Assembly: GCF_044704955.1 (NCBI RefSeq)
Contig: NC_091989.1
Span: 35,898,001-35,962,000 of the forward strand
Length of the DNA: 64,000 nucleotides
From: Pristiophorus japonicus
Taxonomy: Eukaryota
Direction: 5' to 3'
Shown here: one piece after another, positions 47,295-60,154 of the stretch
How positions within the stretch are numbered: the stretch's first letter is position 1
How the letters are laid out: every line of letters starts with the position of its first letter
Position numbers and translations under genes: made by a program
The notes under the pieces: generated by a model
The model's input: only the letters and a program-made list of their open reading frames with translations
Told to the model about the DNA's origin: nothing
Database searches by the model: none

Positions 47295-48420
47295 TCATCA
47301 GAGAGGGTTGATGAGGGCAATATGGTTGATGTGGTGTACATGGATTTCCAAAAAGCGTTCCACAAAGTGCCAGCAAAGTTGAAGCCCATAAAATAAAAGG
47401 AACTGTGGTAGAATTGGCTCAGTGACAGGAAACAGAGAGTAGTGGTGAACGGTTGTTTTTCAGACTGGAGGAAGGTATACAGTGGTGTTGCCCAAGGGTC
47501 GATTCTAGGCCAACTACTTTTATTGATATATATTAATGATTTGGGTGTGGGTGTACAGGGCACAATTTCAAAATTTGCAGATGACACAAAACTTGGAAGT
47601 ATAGTGAACAGTGACCATAGTGATAGATTTCAAGAGAACATAGACAGGCTGGTGGAATGGGCAGACACATGGCAGATGAAATTTAACACAGAAAAGTGCG
47701 AAGTGATGCATTTTGATACAAAGAATGAGAGGAAATCTAAACTAAAGGGTACAATCCTAAAGGGGGTGCTTTAACAGAGTGACCTAGGGGTATATGTGCA
47801 CAAATTGTTGATGGTGGCAGGACAGATTGAGAAAGCGGTGAAAAATGCTTACGGGATCCTGGGCTTCATGAATAGAGATATTGAGGAATAGAGAACAAAA
47901 GTGTGCAAATTATGAAGAACCTGTTCGGCCTCAACTGGAGTAGTGTGTCCAATTCTGGGCACCGTGCTTTAGGAAGGATGTAAAGGCCTTAGAGAGGGTG
48001 CAGAAAAGATTTACGAGAATGATTTCAGGGATAAGGGACTTCAGTTATGTGGAGAAGCTGGGGTTGTTCTCCTTAGAGCAGAGAAGATTGAGAGTAGATT
48101 TGATAGACGTGTTCAAAATCATGAGGGGTCTGGACAGAGTAGAGAAACTGTTCCCATTGGCAGAAGGGTCGAGAACCAGAGGAAACAGATTTAAGGTGAT
48201 TGGCAAAAGAACCAAAGGTGACATAAGAAAAAAACTTTTTAACGCCTGAAGGGGAGGTGGAGGCAGACTCAATCGTGGCTTTCAAAAGGGAGTTGGATTA
48301 AGTACCTGAAAGAAAAAAATTGCAGGGCTACGGGGAAAGGGAGCGGGAGTGGGACTAGCTGAGGTGCTCTTGCTGAGAGAGCCAGCACAGGTTCGACGGC
48401 CTTCTTCTGTGATTCTATAC
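47295..48420 (+). mobile_element. Older CR1 LINE fragment
   Basis: GVAQGSILGQLL, SKFADDTKLG and LEQRRLRVDLIDVFK, with several indels. Confidence 0.88.
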
Positions 48421-49524
48421 TGGAGAGTGATGGGGTGAATCATAGAATAGTACAGCACAGGAGATCATTCGGCTCGAGTCTGTGCCGGCTCTTGCGAAGA
48501 GCAACCACGTTTGTCCCACTCTTTCCCCATATTTCTGCTATTTATCTTCTAATATTTATCCAATTCCCTATTATTGAATCTGTATCCACCACCCTATCAG
48601 GCAGTGCATTCCAAATCCTAACCACTCGTCGCGTAAAGAAGCTTTGCCTCAAGTCGCCTCTAAACATGAACTTTTTTAAATTAATACTGAGTGATGGGTT
48701 TCAGAATGCTGACTCTAAAACAGCACCAACTCACTTACACACTGACATTTGTATCCTGAAAACAAAGCTGTGTTAAGAAAATGGAATATAGGAGAGGACT
48801 TAGTGGTAATAACAGTCTGGGTCACATTTGCTATTTAATTCTGCTGATGGTCAATTTAAGAAGTGGATGCAATCCTGTAGCAATCTGAAAAGCAATTTGT
48901 GATGTTATGAGAAACCAATCTGTGTGGATAATATTGCACGTAACATTTAGAGGGTGAACATTAGACGGTGCTGCTTCTCACGAGCTTTGAAATATAACTA
49001 TGCCACTGAGGTGTCAGGTACATGATAGATCACTTCAGCTTGAATCATGCGAGAGGTGATGGGACTGAAACAGAACTACTTTCACTGAACTGATCCACAA
49101 CGTCTCGCACTTAAGTGTTATGAAAAAGGTGAGAAACATCCTTTATTGTCTATAGCTTTTGTAAAGAACATCGTAGGTGGAAATGTGGTTCGTAGGGCTC
49201 AGGAAACAGCAATAAATTGCCCGAATTTTACTCATGATTTAGAAGGTCATATGATCACAGACTTATTGCTGTTGTGCAAGCCAATCTGCGTACTAAAACA
49301 GAACTAAACTGGAGGAAGGAATGCAGGACAACTGACTTTTTCCAGGCAAGTTGCAGGGCACTCAGATGAATTAATGTGTCACACTTTCATTTAAATACTG
49401 GATGTACAATGCCACCTGTACAGTATCCCAGTATTAATCTGGAGACTGTAGTCAGCAGAATTACAGTAAAATAGTCATACTAAACATACATTTTTGCAAA
49501 TGAAGAATGTCAGTTTAATTGCTT

Positions 49525-49530
49525 TTTATT
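49525..49530 (-). terminator. SAYSD1: Candidate SAYSD1 polyadenylation signal AATAAA
   Basis: tttatt on the plus strand ~190 nt past the stop codon, with ATTAAA at 49519-49514. A second AATAAA lies at 49147-49142. Confidence 0.5.
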
Positions 49531-49720
49531 GTATTTAAATATCACCAAAATCCATCATCCATGTTACATGTGGAATAATCTGCAGTGTGGATACCTACTG
49601 CTAACCGTTGACCTGCGTAGTGTAAGAGACTGCACTGAGAATGTTGTTGGTCACAATGGTACATATAGCCCCAATAGGTACTGAGTACAATAAAAAAACA
49701 ATGTCTTCCACAGGCCAGAG

Positions 49721-50056
49721 TCATCTGCCAGCCAGGGGTCTGTACTGAAGTTCTCGCTCAAACTGTTCTGCTGTCAGGCTGCCTTCAATAGCCTTACAGC
49801 CAGGGTTGAACACAGAGTATGCACTAACTTCTCCTTGCTTCTTGTTGGCTGGGTCACGGGTCCCAATGTAAATCCAATAAAACATTGACAGTACAAAATA
49901 TGCCAGGCCAAACTCCAGCTCAATGAAGAGGCCAAGCAGCACCAGCCAGAGAAGGACTTTCAGGATAGTCACATTTGTAAAGATGGAATAATCGGATTCA
50001 ATGGGCTGTGCCACAAATCCATCTTGGAAGCAACTCTGGTCATTTTCTTTCTTTAC
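49721..50056 (-). CDS. SAYSD1: SAYSvFN domain-containing protein 1, exon 2
   Basis: Acceptor tgtttttctttcag| then VKKEND...LKVLLWLVLLGLFIELEFGLAYFVLSMFYWIY...SAYSVFNPGC...LTAEQFERELQYRPLAGR*. Contains the signature SAYSVFN motif; phase 0. Confidence 0.97.
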   Translation of the reverse strand, partial: VKKENDQSCFQDGFVAQPIESDYSIFTNVTILKVLLWLVLLGLFIELEFGLAYFVLSMFYWIYIGTRDPANKKQGEVSAYSVFNPGCKAIEGSLTAEQFERELQYRPLAGR

Positions 50057-50199
50057 CTGAAAGAAAAACATTAAAAATAAAATATCTGGAATTTCTAGTT
50101 ATAAGCTATGATTGGACAGAGATTAGAGTGAATTATGCTGACCACCCAGTTCCTTTTTTGGTGTAGAAAACTCTCTAACTTCAAATATTTGGTTTTACG

Positions 50200-50605
50200 T
50201 TCGTAGAAATGTACAGCAGAGAAGGAGGCCATTCAGCCCACTGTGTCTGCACCAGACAAAAAAGAGCTATCCAGCCTAGTCCTACTTTCCAGCTCTTGGT
50301 CTATAGCCCTGTAGGTTACAGCACTTCAGGCACATATGAAGTACTTTTTAAATGCAACGAGAGTTTCTTCCTCTACCACCCTTTCAGGCAGTGAGTTCCA
50401 GACCCCCCCACCACCACCCTCTGGGTGAAAAAAATTCTCCTCAACTCCCTACTAATCCTTTTACCAATTACTTTAAATCAATGCCCCTTCGTTACTGACC
50501 TATCTGCCAAGGGAAATAGGTCCTTCCTATCCACTCTATCTAGGACCCTCATAATTTTATACACCTCAATTAAATCTCCCCTTAGCCTCTTCTGTTCCAA
50601 AGAAC
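50200..50605 (-). mobile_element. CR1 3' fragment
   Basis: LEQKRLRGDLIEVYKIMRVLDRVDRKDLFPLA plus 3' UTR. Confidence 0.8.
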
Positions 50606-51023
50606 TCGACAAATCACAAGTGTAAGACAAGTATGTGATCAGATTAGCTACAACAACAGTCAGAGTTAGAACAAGAAATTGCAACCAAAATGGATGCCAA
50701 ATACTGAGACAAGCCAAGCAATGCTATGTTACTGTTTCTGAGCAAAATAACTAAGTCAACTTGGCACCAGAATCAACTGAAAAGGTGGTGGAAGCAGATT
50801 CAGCAATAACTTTCAAAAGGGAATGGGATAATACTTGAAAAGTATAACTGCAGGGCTATGTGGAAAGAGCAGGGGAATGGGACCATATGGATAATTCTTT
50901 CAAAATTGCCGGCACAGGCACGATGGGCCGAATGGCCTCCTTCTGTGTTTTAAAGTTCTATGAACTACCTCAGCCTGATTCTGGACTGAGTCTTCAGTCA
51001 CTTACTTCCAACCATGTGCAGTC

Positions 51024-54000
51024 TGTTATATATGTAAACCTGTAAATACCTTGTTTAACCACCAGAGGGCTCATCCCCTGGAGTCCCATGGGATCCCACA
51101 ATCCCTTGGGAGCACTGGTACTTAAGGAGGCCTCACAGGCTGGAGAGACCGTAATAAGACTACGGTCACACTTTACTTTGAACTCACAGTATCTGGTCAG
51201 CCGCTTTATTCATACACTACAACTGGCAACGAGATACAGACGACAAACCTCACTGCAATGATGCAGAGAACAGTGGGCATCCTGGAGAAATTTTCGGAGA
51301 TGATTGGGAAATCTTCGTGGAGCGACTCGACCAATACTTCGTGGCCAACGAGCTGGAAGGAGAAGCGAACGCTGCCAAACGAAGGGCAATCCTCCTCACC
51401 GTTTGTGGGGCACCAACGTATGGCCTCATGAAAAATCTGCTTGCTCCAGCGAAACCCACAGAGAAATCGTATGATGATTTGTGCACACTGGTCTGGGAGC
51501 ATCTTAACCCGAAGTGTTCTGATGACGAGGTACCGGTTCTACACGTGCAAGAGGTCTGAAGGCCAGGAAGTGGCGAGCTATGTCACCGAGCTAAGACGCC
51601 TTGCAGGACATTGCGAATTTGAAGGACATTTGGAGCACATGCTCAGGGACTTCTTTGTACTTGGCATTGGCCATGAAGTAATACTTCGAAAACTCTTGAC
51701 TTTAGAGACCCCAACCTTGAGTAAAGCCATAGTGATAGCCCAGGCGTTCATCGCCACCAGTGACAATACCAAGCAAATCTCTTAGCACACGAGTGCTGCT
51801 ACAAGTACTGTGAAAAAAGTAATGTTCTTTTCGAATCGTAACGTACAGAGCAGGCCTCACATGCCTGCAGTTGCACGTCCGTAGATGTCTCAGAGTCCAC
51901 CATCAAGGGTAATGAATGCTAGGCCATTAACACCTTGTTGGCACTGCGAGGGTGATCATCATTTCCATTCATGCTGCTTCAAAGGATACGTTTGCAAGGG
52001 CTGCGGAACAATGAGACATCTCCAACATATGTGCAGGCGAGCTGCAAACCCTGCAAACCACCATGTTGCAGAGGAGGACAGATCCACGGCGGATCACGAC
52101 AAACCGGAGCCTCAGACCGAGGCAGAGGTCTATGGGGTGCACACATTTACCACAAAGTGTCCCCCGATAATGCTGAAGGTTGAATTAAATGGACTCCCGG
52201 TGTCAATGGAGCTGGACACGGGCGCGAGCCAATCCATTATGAGCAAAAAGACTTTCGATAAATTGTGATGCAGCAAGGCCTCATGGCGAGTCCTGACTCC
52301 CATTCGCACTAAACTAAAAACTTATACAAAGGAACTGATTCCCATAATCGGCAGTGCTACCGTAAAGGTCTCCTACAATGGAGTGGTGCACAAGTTACTA
52401 TTCTGGGTGGTACTGGGCGATGGCCCCACGCTGCTCAGCAGGAGCTGGCTGGGAAAGATACACTGGAACTGGGACGACGTCCGAGCGCTCTCGCCTGTCT
52501 ATGACACTTTGTGTGCCCAGGTCCTAAACAAGTCGCCCTCGCTGTTTGAACCAGGCATCGGGAAGTTCCAAGGAGCAAAAGTGCAGACCCACCTAATTCC
52601 GGGGGCGTGACCCATCCATCACAAGGCGAGAGCAATACTGTACATGATGAGAGAGAGGATGGAGACCGAGCTGGACTAGCTGCAACGAGAGGGCATCATT
52701 TCGCCGATCGAATTCAACGAATGGGCCAGTCCAATTGTTTCAGTCCTCAAGGGAGATGGCACTGTCAGAATCTGTGGTGATCACAAAGTAACTATCAATC
52801 ATTTTTCCCTGCAGGATCAATACCCACTACCAAAGGCTGACGACCTATCTGCGATGCTGGCGGGAGGAAAGACGTTCACAAAGCTGGACTTGACCTCGGC
52901 TTACGTGATCCAGGAGCTGGAGGAATCATCGAAGGGTCTCTTCAGTTACAACAGATGCCCGTTTGGGATTCGATCGGCCGCGGCGATATTCCAGAGAAAC
53001 ATGGAAAGCTTAGTGAAGTCGGTATACGCACTGTGGTCTTCCAGGACGATATCTTAGTTACAGGTCGGGACACCGTCAAGCATCTTCAGAACCTGGAGGT
53101 TTAGTCGGCTCAATCGCGTGGGGCTCAGGTTAAAACGCTCGAAGTGCGTTTTTCTGGCGCCTGAAGTGGAATTCCTGGGGAGAAGAATCGCGGCGGACGG
53201 CATCAGGCCCACCGATTCGAAGATGGAGGCAATGGAGAATGCACCGAGACCACAGAATGTGACGGAGCTGCGTTCGTTCCTATGACTCCTGAACTACTTT
53301 GGTAATTTCTTACCAGGTCTCAGCACACTGTTAGAACCACTGCACGCTTTACTGCGTAAAGGAGATGAATGGGTATGGGGTAAAAGCCAAGAAAATGCCT
53401 TTGTAAAAGCTAGAAAACTGTTATGCTCAAACAAATTGCTTGTGTTGTATGATCCGTTTGGTACTAGTCGTGTGTGTATTGCAACAAGCTAATGAATCTG
53501 GGAAATTGCAACTGGTTGCTTATGCATCCAGAAGTCTGAGAGAGCCTACAGCATGATTCAAAAAGAAGCATTAGAGTGTGTTTATGGGGTAAAGAAAATG
53601 CATCAATATCTGTTTGGGCTCAAATTTCAATTGCAAACTGATCATAAGCCACTGATATCCCTCTTTTCAGAAAGCAAGGGGATAAATACGAATGCATCGG
53701 CCCGCATCCAGAGATGGGCACTCACGTTGTTCGCGTACAACTACGCCATCCGCCAGAGGCCAGGTACAGAAAATTGTGCCGATGCTCTCAGTAGGCTGCC
53801 ATTGCCCACCACGGGGGTGGAAATGACACAGCCCGCAGATTTAGTTATGGTAATGGAAGCATTTGAGAGTGAACAATCACCTATTACCGCCCGACAGATT
53901 AGAACCTGGACGAGACAGGACCCCTTACTGTCTTTAGTAAAAAAAAACTGTGAGCTTCATGGGAGTTGGTCCAGTGTCCCATTAGAAATGCAGGAAGAAA

Positions 54001-54618
54001 TAAAGCCGTACCAGCGGGAGTAGGGTGTTTCAGGTCAAATTTTCAAATGGACTCATCTACAGGAAACACTTGGACGAAACCAAACTCAGATTCATGGACT
54101 ATTCAGAGCAACCCACATTAGACCCTACCTTTTTTGACCCCCCAACACACACACCAGTGGCAACCGACACAACGGTTGTCCACGAAGCAGAACCCATCAC
54201 CCGCAGCAGCCCAGCAGGACTCACCACACCAGGAGGCCCAGCAAGGCCAGCTGCAAAGCAGCCCAGCGAGGACCCAATAAATGACTCACCAAAACGAGCA
54301 TTTGCACCGAGATGATCAACCAGGGAAAGAAAGGCCCCAGATCGACTCACCTTGTAAATAGTTACACTATTGACTTTAGGGAGGGGGGGGGGTGGTGGGG
54401 AAGTGTTGTTATATATGTAAACCTGTAAATATTTTGTTTAACCACCAGAGGGCTCATCCCCTGGAGTCCAAAGGGATCCCACAATCCCTTGGGAGCACTG
54501 GTACTTAAGGAGGCCTCACAGGCTGGAGAGGCACTCTGGAGACCTGCAATAAAAGACTAAGGTCACGCTTTACTTTGAGCTCATAGTATCTGGTCAGACT
54601 CTTTATTCATACACTACA
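51024..54618 (+). mobile_element. Ty3/Gypsy LTR retrotransposon in the SAYSD1 intron (antisense), integrase core deleted
   Basis: LTRs 51024-51221 and 54407-54618 (TG...CA), perfect 5-bp TSD cagtc, PBS actggcaacgag and a G-rich PPT. Gag, LDTGAS, RT and RNaseH (TDHKPL, ADALSR) are decayed. Confidence 0.95.
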
Positions 54619-54912
54619 CAGTCCAAGTACAAATCTCTTAAATAACTGAAAAGATCCTGACAAAATGCTGTAACCAGTTGTTTAGCAAGATCGTTGGCAC
54701 TGTCCAAAAACAATCAGTATGCCATCTTCCTCTTTTTGGATTCTGAGTGCACGTTTGGCAAGCCTAAAGCAGTCCCTGCCAACCCACAGACAACATACTG
54801 CAAGAAGCAATACGTCCTTTCCCCACATTACAACAGTGACTACACTTCAAAAGTACTTCATTGGATGTAAAGCTCTTTGGGACATCCGTTGGTCGTGAAA
54901 GGTGCTTTCTTT

Positions 54913-55215
54913 AGGGAAGGAAATCTGCTGTCCTTACCCGGTCTGGCCTATATGCAACTCCAGACTCACAATAATGTGGTTGACTCTTAGCTGCCATCTG
55001 AAATGGTCTTGCCACAGATACTGCCTGACCTGCTGAGATTTCCAGCATTGGCAGCAAGCCACTCAGCTGCACTAAACCATTACGAAAAAGTCACTGCGGG
55101 AGTACCATCACCACAAGGACTGCAGCAATTCCAGAATGCGCCTCACCACCACCTTCTCAAGGACAATTGGGGATGGCCAATAAATGGCAGTGATGCCCAC
55201 ATCCCATGAATTTTT
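54913..55215 (+). mobile_element. 5'-truncated SINE (same family as 58598-59030)
   Basis: tagggaaggaaatctgc...gcaagccactcag...caccttctcaagg...gatgcccacatcccatgaa. Confidence 0.65.
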
Positions 55216-55859
55216 TTTAAAATCCTAATGAAAGTTAATTAGATAGAAAGGAGGCCTGACCAAAAGCTTACTCAAAGGGACGGGTTTAAAGTGAGTCTTA
55301 AAGGACGAGAAGGAGGTGGAGGGGTTCAGGAAGGAAATGCTATCTCTACCCTCGCTTCCTCTCAGCAACCCATTCCATCCAGACCGGGTGACTTGTTAAC
55401 TTTTGAGTGGCACCAACCTATTTAGCACTTCCTGTCTATCTATTTTTATGCTATCCAATATCTCTACTCCTTCCTCCTCTACTGTGACATTAATTTCATC
55501 CTATTTTGTGAAGACAGGTGCAAAATACTCATTCAGAGTACCTTAGTCATGCCCTCTGCCTCCACAAGAGGCCACAATTGGCTGCACCATTCCTTTTGCT
55601 ATTTATATGTTTGCAAAGGAGTTTTGGGTTCCCTTTTCTCATACTATCTTTGCCCTTCTTGTATCCTTTTTTCAAATTCCCCCTAGGCTCTCTGCATTCT
55701 GCATACCTGATATGTCATAAAACCTCGCTTTCTGTTTATTTTAACCTCTATTTCCTTTGTAACCCAGGGAGCTCTGGCTTTGGATGGCCTGTATTTTCTC
55801 CTTACGGTAATATGTTTGGTTTGTACCTGAACTATCTCTATCTTCAAGCCCTGCCATTG

Positions 55860-56320
55860 CTTATTTACAAGAATGATACCAGAAATGTGAGGGTATACCT
55901 TTCAGGAAAGGATGAACTGGCTGGGTCTATTTTTTCTTGAAAAAAGAAGGCTGAGGGATGCCCTGATTCTGGTCTTTAAAATTATGAAAGGTTTTGATAG
56001 AGTAGATGCAAAGAGAGTGTTTGCACTTGTGGGGAAGAGCAAAACTAGATGCCATCAATATAAGATATTCATCGAGAAATCAAATAGGGAATTCAGAAGA
56101 AACTTCTTTACCCAGAGAGTGGTGAGGGAAGTAGTTGAAGCGACTAGCATAGATGTATTTAAGGGGCGGTTATATAAGCATATGATGGAGAAGGGAATAG
56201 AAGGTTACGCTGATAGATTTAGATAAGGAAAGACAGGAGGAGGCTCAAGTAGAGCACAAATGCCGGCATGGACTAGTTGGGCCGGATGGCCTCTTTCCGT
56301 GCTGTATATCCTATGTATGT
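55860..56320 (+). mobile_element. CR1 3' fragment (same family as 55-502)
   Basis: LGLFFLEKRRLRDAL...KSNREFRRNFFTQRVV. Confidence 0.85.
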
Positions 56321-57074
56321 AATAATTTACTGTTTTCTAAATGAATCTGTTTCCAGTCCATCTGTGCTAAATCTCTTCTCAAATCATTGAAATTGTCTGC
56401 TTCCAGTAAGTATTTTTCCCTTTACATAACTGCTTTAAACCTATTGTGATCACTATTGCCCAGAGGTTCTCCCACACCTACTGTGATCACTATTGCCCAG
56501 AGGTTCTCCCACGGAAACACAATACTTCCCTACTTCAATCCCGATAATTAGATCCAGCACTGCTTCCTGCGTCGTTGGGCTGGAAACATACTGAGTAAGC
56601 TCTCCTGTACACATTTTAAGAATTCTTTGCCCTCCTTGCCTTTTACTCTGTTCCCCCCCACCCCCAGTCTATATAAGGGTAATTGAAGTCCCCTACTTTT
56701 ACTGCTCTATTATTTTTTACATTTCTCTGAAATTTGCCTACAGATTTGCTCCTCTATCTCCTTCTCACTAGTTGGGGGTCTTTAGTAAACACCTAGCAAT
56801 GTAACAGCTCTTTTTCTGTTGACTCTAACCAAGTAGATTCAATCTTTCAATCCTCTAGTATATAGTCCCCTGCCTCTTTTTTCTTCCTTAATCCCTCCTG
56901 AATATATTGTAGCCAGGAATGTTTAGCTCCCATTCCTGCTCATGGTTAAGCCAGGTCTCCGTTATAGCTACTATATCATAACCCCATGTTCATCAGATTT
57001 ATTCGTAGCACTCCTCGCATTAAGACTCGTGCACTCCCACACCAGGCTAGTCGGCTTTCCGCACCTTCTTTAAG

Positions 57075-57925
57075 GATGTAAATTTTAAATTGGAGGTATT
57101 GGGTGAGCGGGAGCCAGGGTAGGTCAGCAGGGGCAGGGGTGCTGGGTGAGTGGGACTAGTGTAGGTCAGCAGGGGCAGGGGTGCTGGGTGAGTGGGACTA
57201 GTGTAGGTCAGCAGGGGCAGGGGTGCTGGGTGAGTGGGACTAGTGTAGGTCAGCAAGGGCAGGGGTGCTGGGTGAGTGGAACTAGTGTAGGTCAGCAAGG
57301 GCAGGGGTGCTGGGTGAGTGGGACTAGTGTAGGTCAGCAAGGGCAGGGGTGCTGGGTGAGTGGGACTAGTGTAGGTCAGCAAGGGCAGGGGTGCTGGGTG
57401 AGTGGGACTAGTGTAGGTCAGCAGGGGCAGGGGTGCTGGGTGAGTGGGACTAGTGTAGGTCAGCAAGGACAGGGGTGCTGGGTGAGTGGGACTAGTGTAG
57501 GTCAGCAAGGACAGGGGCGCTGGGTGAGTGGGACTAGTGTAGGTCAGCAAGGGCAGGGGCGCTGGGTGAGCGGGACTAGTGTAGGTCAGCAAGGGCAGGG
57601 GCGCTGGGTGAGCGGGACTAGTGTAGGTCAGCAAGGGCAGGGGCGCTGGGTGAGCGGGACTAGTGTAGGTCAGCAAGGGCAGGGGCGCTGGGTGAGCGGG
57701 ACTAGTGTAGGTCAGCAAGGGCAGGGGTGCTGGGTGAGCGGGACTAGTGTAGGTCAGCAGAGGTGCTGGGTGAGTGGGACTAGTATAGGTCAGCAAGGGC
57801 GGGGTGCTGAGTGAGCGGGACTGGTGCAGTATAGGATACAGACGTTTTAGATGAGCTGGAGTTTGCAGTGGGTGCAGGATGGGTGGCCAGCCAGGGAGCA
57901 TCGGAATAGTCAAGTCTGGCAGTTA
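57075..57925 (-). mobile_element. L2 LINE fragment hosting a minisatellite
   Basis: RLDYS...LQLI-N...SRS on one side of the array and LPLTQYLQFKI-like sequence on the other: the L2 ORF2 C-terminus. Confidence 0.7.
57119..57825. repeat. 42-bp minisatellite, ~17 copies
   Basis: Unit gtaggtcagcaagggcaggggtgctgggtgagtgggactagt, which gives the 14-aa periodicity of ORFs 57047..57913 and 57146..57814. Confidence 0.97.
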
Positions 57926-58597
57926 TTTCAACAATTAACAAATGTGTTCCAACTATCTGTTTTGCCACAAGCCAAACCCTGCTCCATTAGCAGTACAACA
58001 CCCTTGCAGTTTGTACCTTATGCTGATACTGTTATCCACTTATTACTACCTCAGTACAGTCACATCGCATGCGTGGACCAAATTTATCTTGCATTTACAA
58101 TTTTAGATTGTAAAAAATGTATTATACATATATATATATGTAAATATTCACACGCACACACACTATTTTGTTTTTAAATCTGGCCACGCATTTCACAAAA
58201 AGCTAGACCTCAGTTTCACCCTCATCACTGAACTTGTGGCATAATTTAAAGGACCGGTTTAATAAATGAAATCTTTTTCAAAATTCACATGTAAGCATGG
58301 GGCTTACTTTTTATATGCAGTTGCAACAAGGACAGCTGTGTGATAAATTTGATCCTGATAGATTCTGTAAGCTTTGAAAGAGTTGGAAGGAATTCTCCCT
58401 TGTGAGAGGCTTATGATTGGATGCTGCAGAGAGTTCCTTTCCGTGTCAGAAACGCTGTTGTCTCAATATTAGATTAAATTGGATGGATGGTATAAATAAG
58501 ATCTCTCCCTAATGCGGGTTGTGAGCAGTGAAAATGCTTAGTGTTCCTATAGTTGAAAAATCACAAAAGCTTAACAGTATCACTCGGTTTAAAAATG

Positions 58598-59030
58598 ATA
58601 GCATAGTGGTTAAGTTACTGGACCAGTAATCCAGAGGCCTGGACTAGTAATCCAGAGACATGAGTTCAAATCCCACCATGGCAGCTAGGGAATTTAAATT
58701 CAGTTAATTAAGTAAAATCTGGAATACAAAGTCAGTAATGGTGACCACGTAACTACAGGATGGTTGTTAAAAACCCATCTGGTTCACTAATGTCCTTTAG
58801 GGAAGGAAATCTGCCGTCCGTCTGGCCTATCTGACACCAGACCAACAGCAACTGCTCTCTAAAATGACCTAGCAAGCCACTCAGTTGTCCAAACTGCTAC
58901 GACAAAGTAACTCCCTCCCTAACAGCACTGTGAGAGTACCTTTACCACATGGACAGCACCTTCTCAAGAGCAATTAGGGATGGCAATGCTGGCCTTACCA
59001 GTGACGCCACATCCCGTGAATAATTTAAAA
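58598..59030 (+). mobile_element. tRNA-derived SINE with CR1-group LINE tail
   Basis: A-box tagcatagtgg, B-box gagttcaaatcc; tail similar to the LINE at 39190-39755. Confidence 0.7.
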
Positions 59031-60154
59031 AAAAATCCTAATGAAAGTTAATTACACTCAAAAACAACATGAACTGATGACCAGAGTAAGTATTTTCCTA
59101 TACTCTTCCCTCTTCTATGTGCTACTGGCTGTAATTCATTTAGGATTTAATCTCTGAATTATCCCATTAGCATTATTCTTGGAAATGAAAATCATATTCC
59201 AGAGTGGAATGGAGTAGTCTCCAAAACACAACATGTGAGACTGACCCCATCTTCTTCGTGGTGAGAAAGAAGACACTTGATGAAACAGGATGATAAAAAA
59301 GTGCTTATCGCACATGAGTCAGCCTGAATTATTTACATCTCACTAACACCGCTTAATGTTCTATCAAGATTTATTCACTTGTTTTAATGATCTCACTGTT
59401 TTTATTTGTTCTCTGTCCTTGCCTCTGATGCATCATGGGACAGGTTTCTATCTTAGATATTACATAAATGCAAGTTGTTGTTGTATAACATTTGTTTACC
59501 TGATGTTAAACTGTGCAACTGTTAAAAAGAATATTTTACAAGTGCAGACTGCACAATGTTGCAAATTCGTTTTTTGGTCTCCTACCGCTTTCATATATAA
59601 TTTATGTGTATAACTGATAAATTGCCTATGGTGTTGCTCAGTCCGTTGATGAATATGGTTTTTCTTAATACACAAGATGACAGTAGTGTTTGGAGGGACT
59701 TAAACCCTCTCTAGAGCTATCTAGTGGCAAGATCCTGCAACTTGATAGTTGACATAACAAAATGGAATAGAAAATGTTGACGTAGTAATTTACAATGATT
59801 ATTGACAAGAAAAAGTGTGACTAAGTCAACAGGAAGTAAGGTTTGTTGATGTATAAGGTGTGCATTTTCTAAGATTTTAAGTTATAATGTGTATAGCTTT
59901 TGATTATGTACTTTCAGAAGTTACACACACAAATGCAGAGTGGTGCTCAACAGTCCAATAGAATATTCAAGGGAGTTAGATAAGAGCTCAGTGAAGAACC
60001 CTGTATACTGATTGCTTGGGTTTGAGGCTGAGGGCACCGTTCTGGTGAGGGGCAGAGGGTCAGCCGGGGGCAGGGTTGGCATGGGGAAGGGGGTCTGCAG
60101 TCAGCAGGGGGAGGGGAGAGCAGCAGGGATTATTTGTCCAGGGTGCACAAGGCA

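Noticed and set aside
50057-50071. ATG at 50071 (MFFFQ) as the SAYSD1 start
   Set aside because: It lies in the polypyrimidine tract of the acceptor; the true N-terminus is encoded by exon 1 at 61010.
56440-56512. Two-copy ~37-bp tandem duplication as a functional element
   Set aside because: Simple slippage duplication inside a decayed CR1 fragment.
57119-57825. CRISPR-like array
   Set aside because: Head-to-tail units without unique spacers, eukaryotic context and no cas genes.
57047-57913. 288-aa and 222-aa repetitive ORFs as mucin- or extensin-like proteins
   Set aside because: They are a by-product of a 42-bp (multiple of 3) minisatellite within an L2 fragment.
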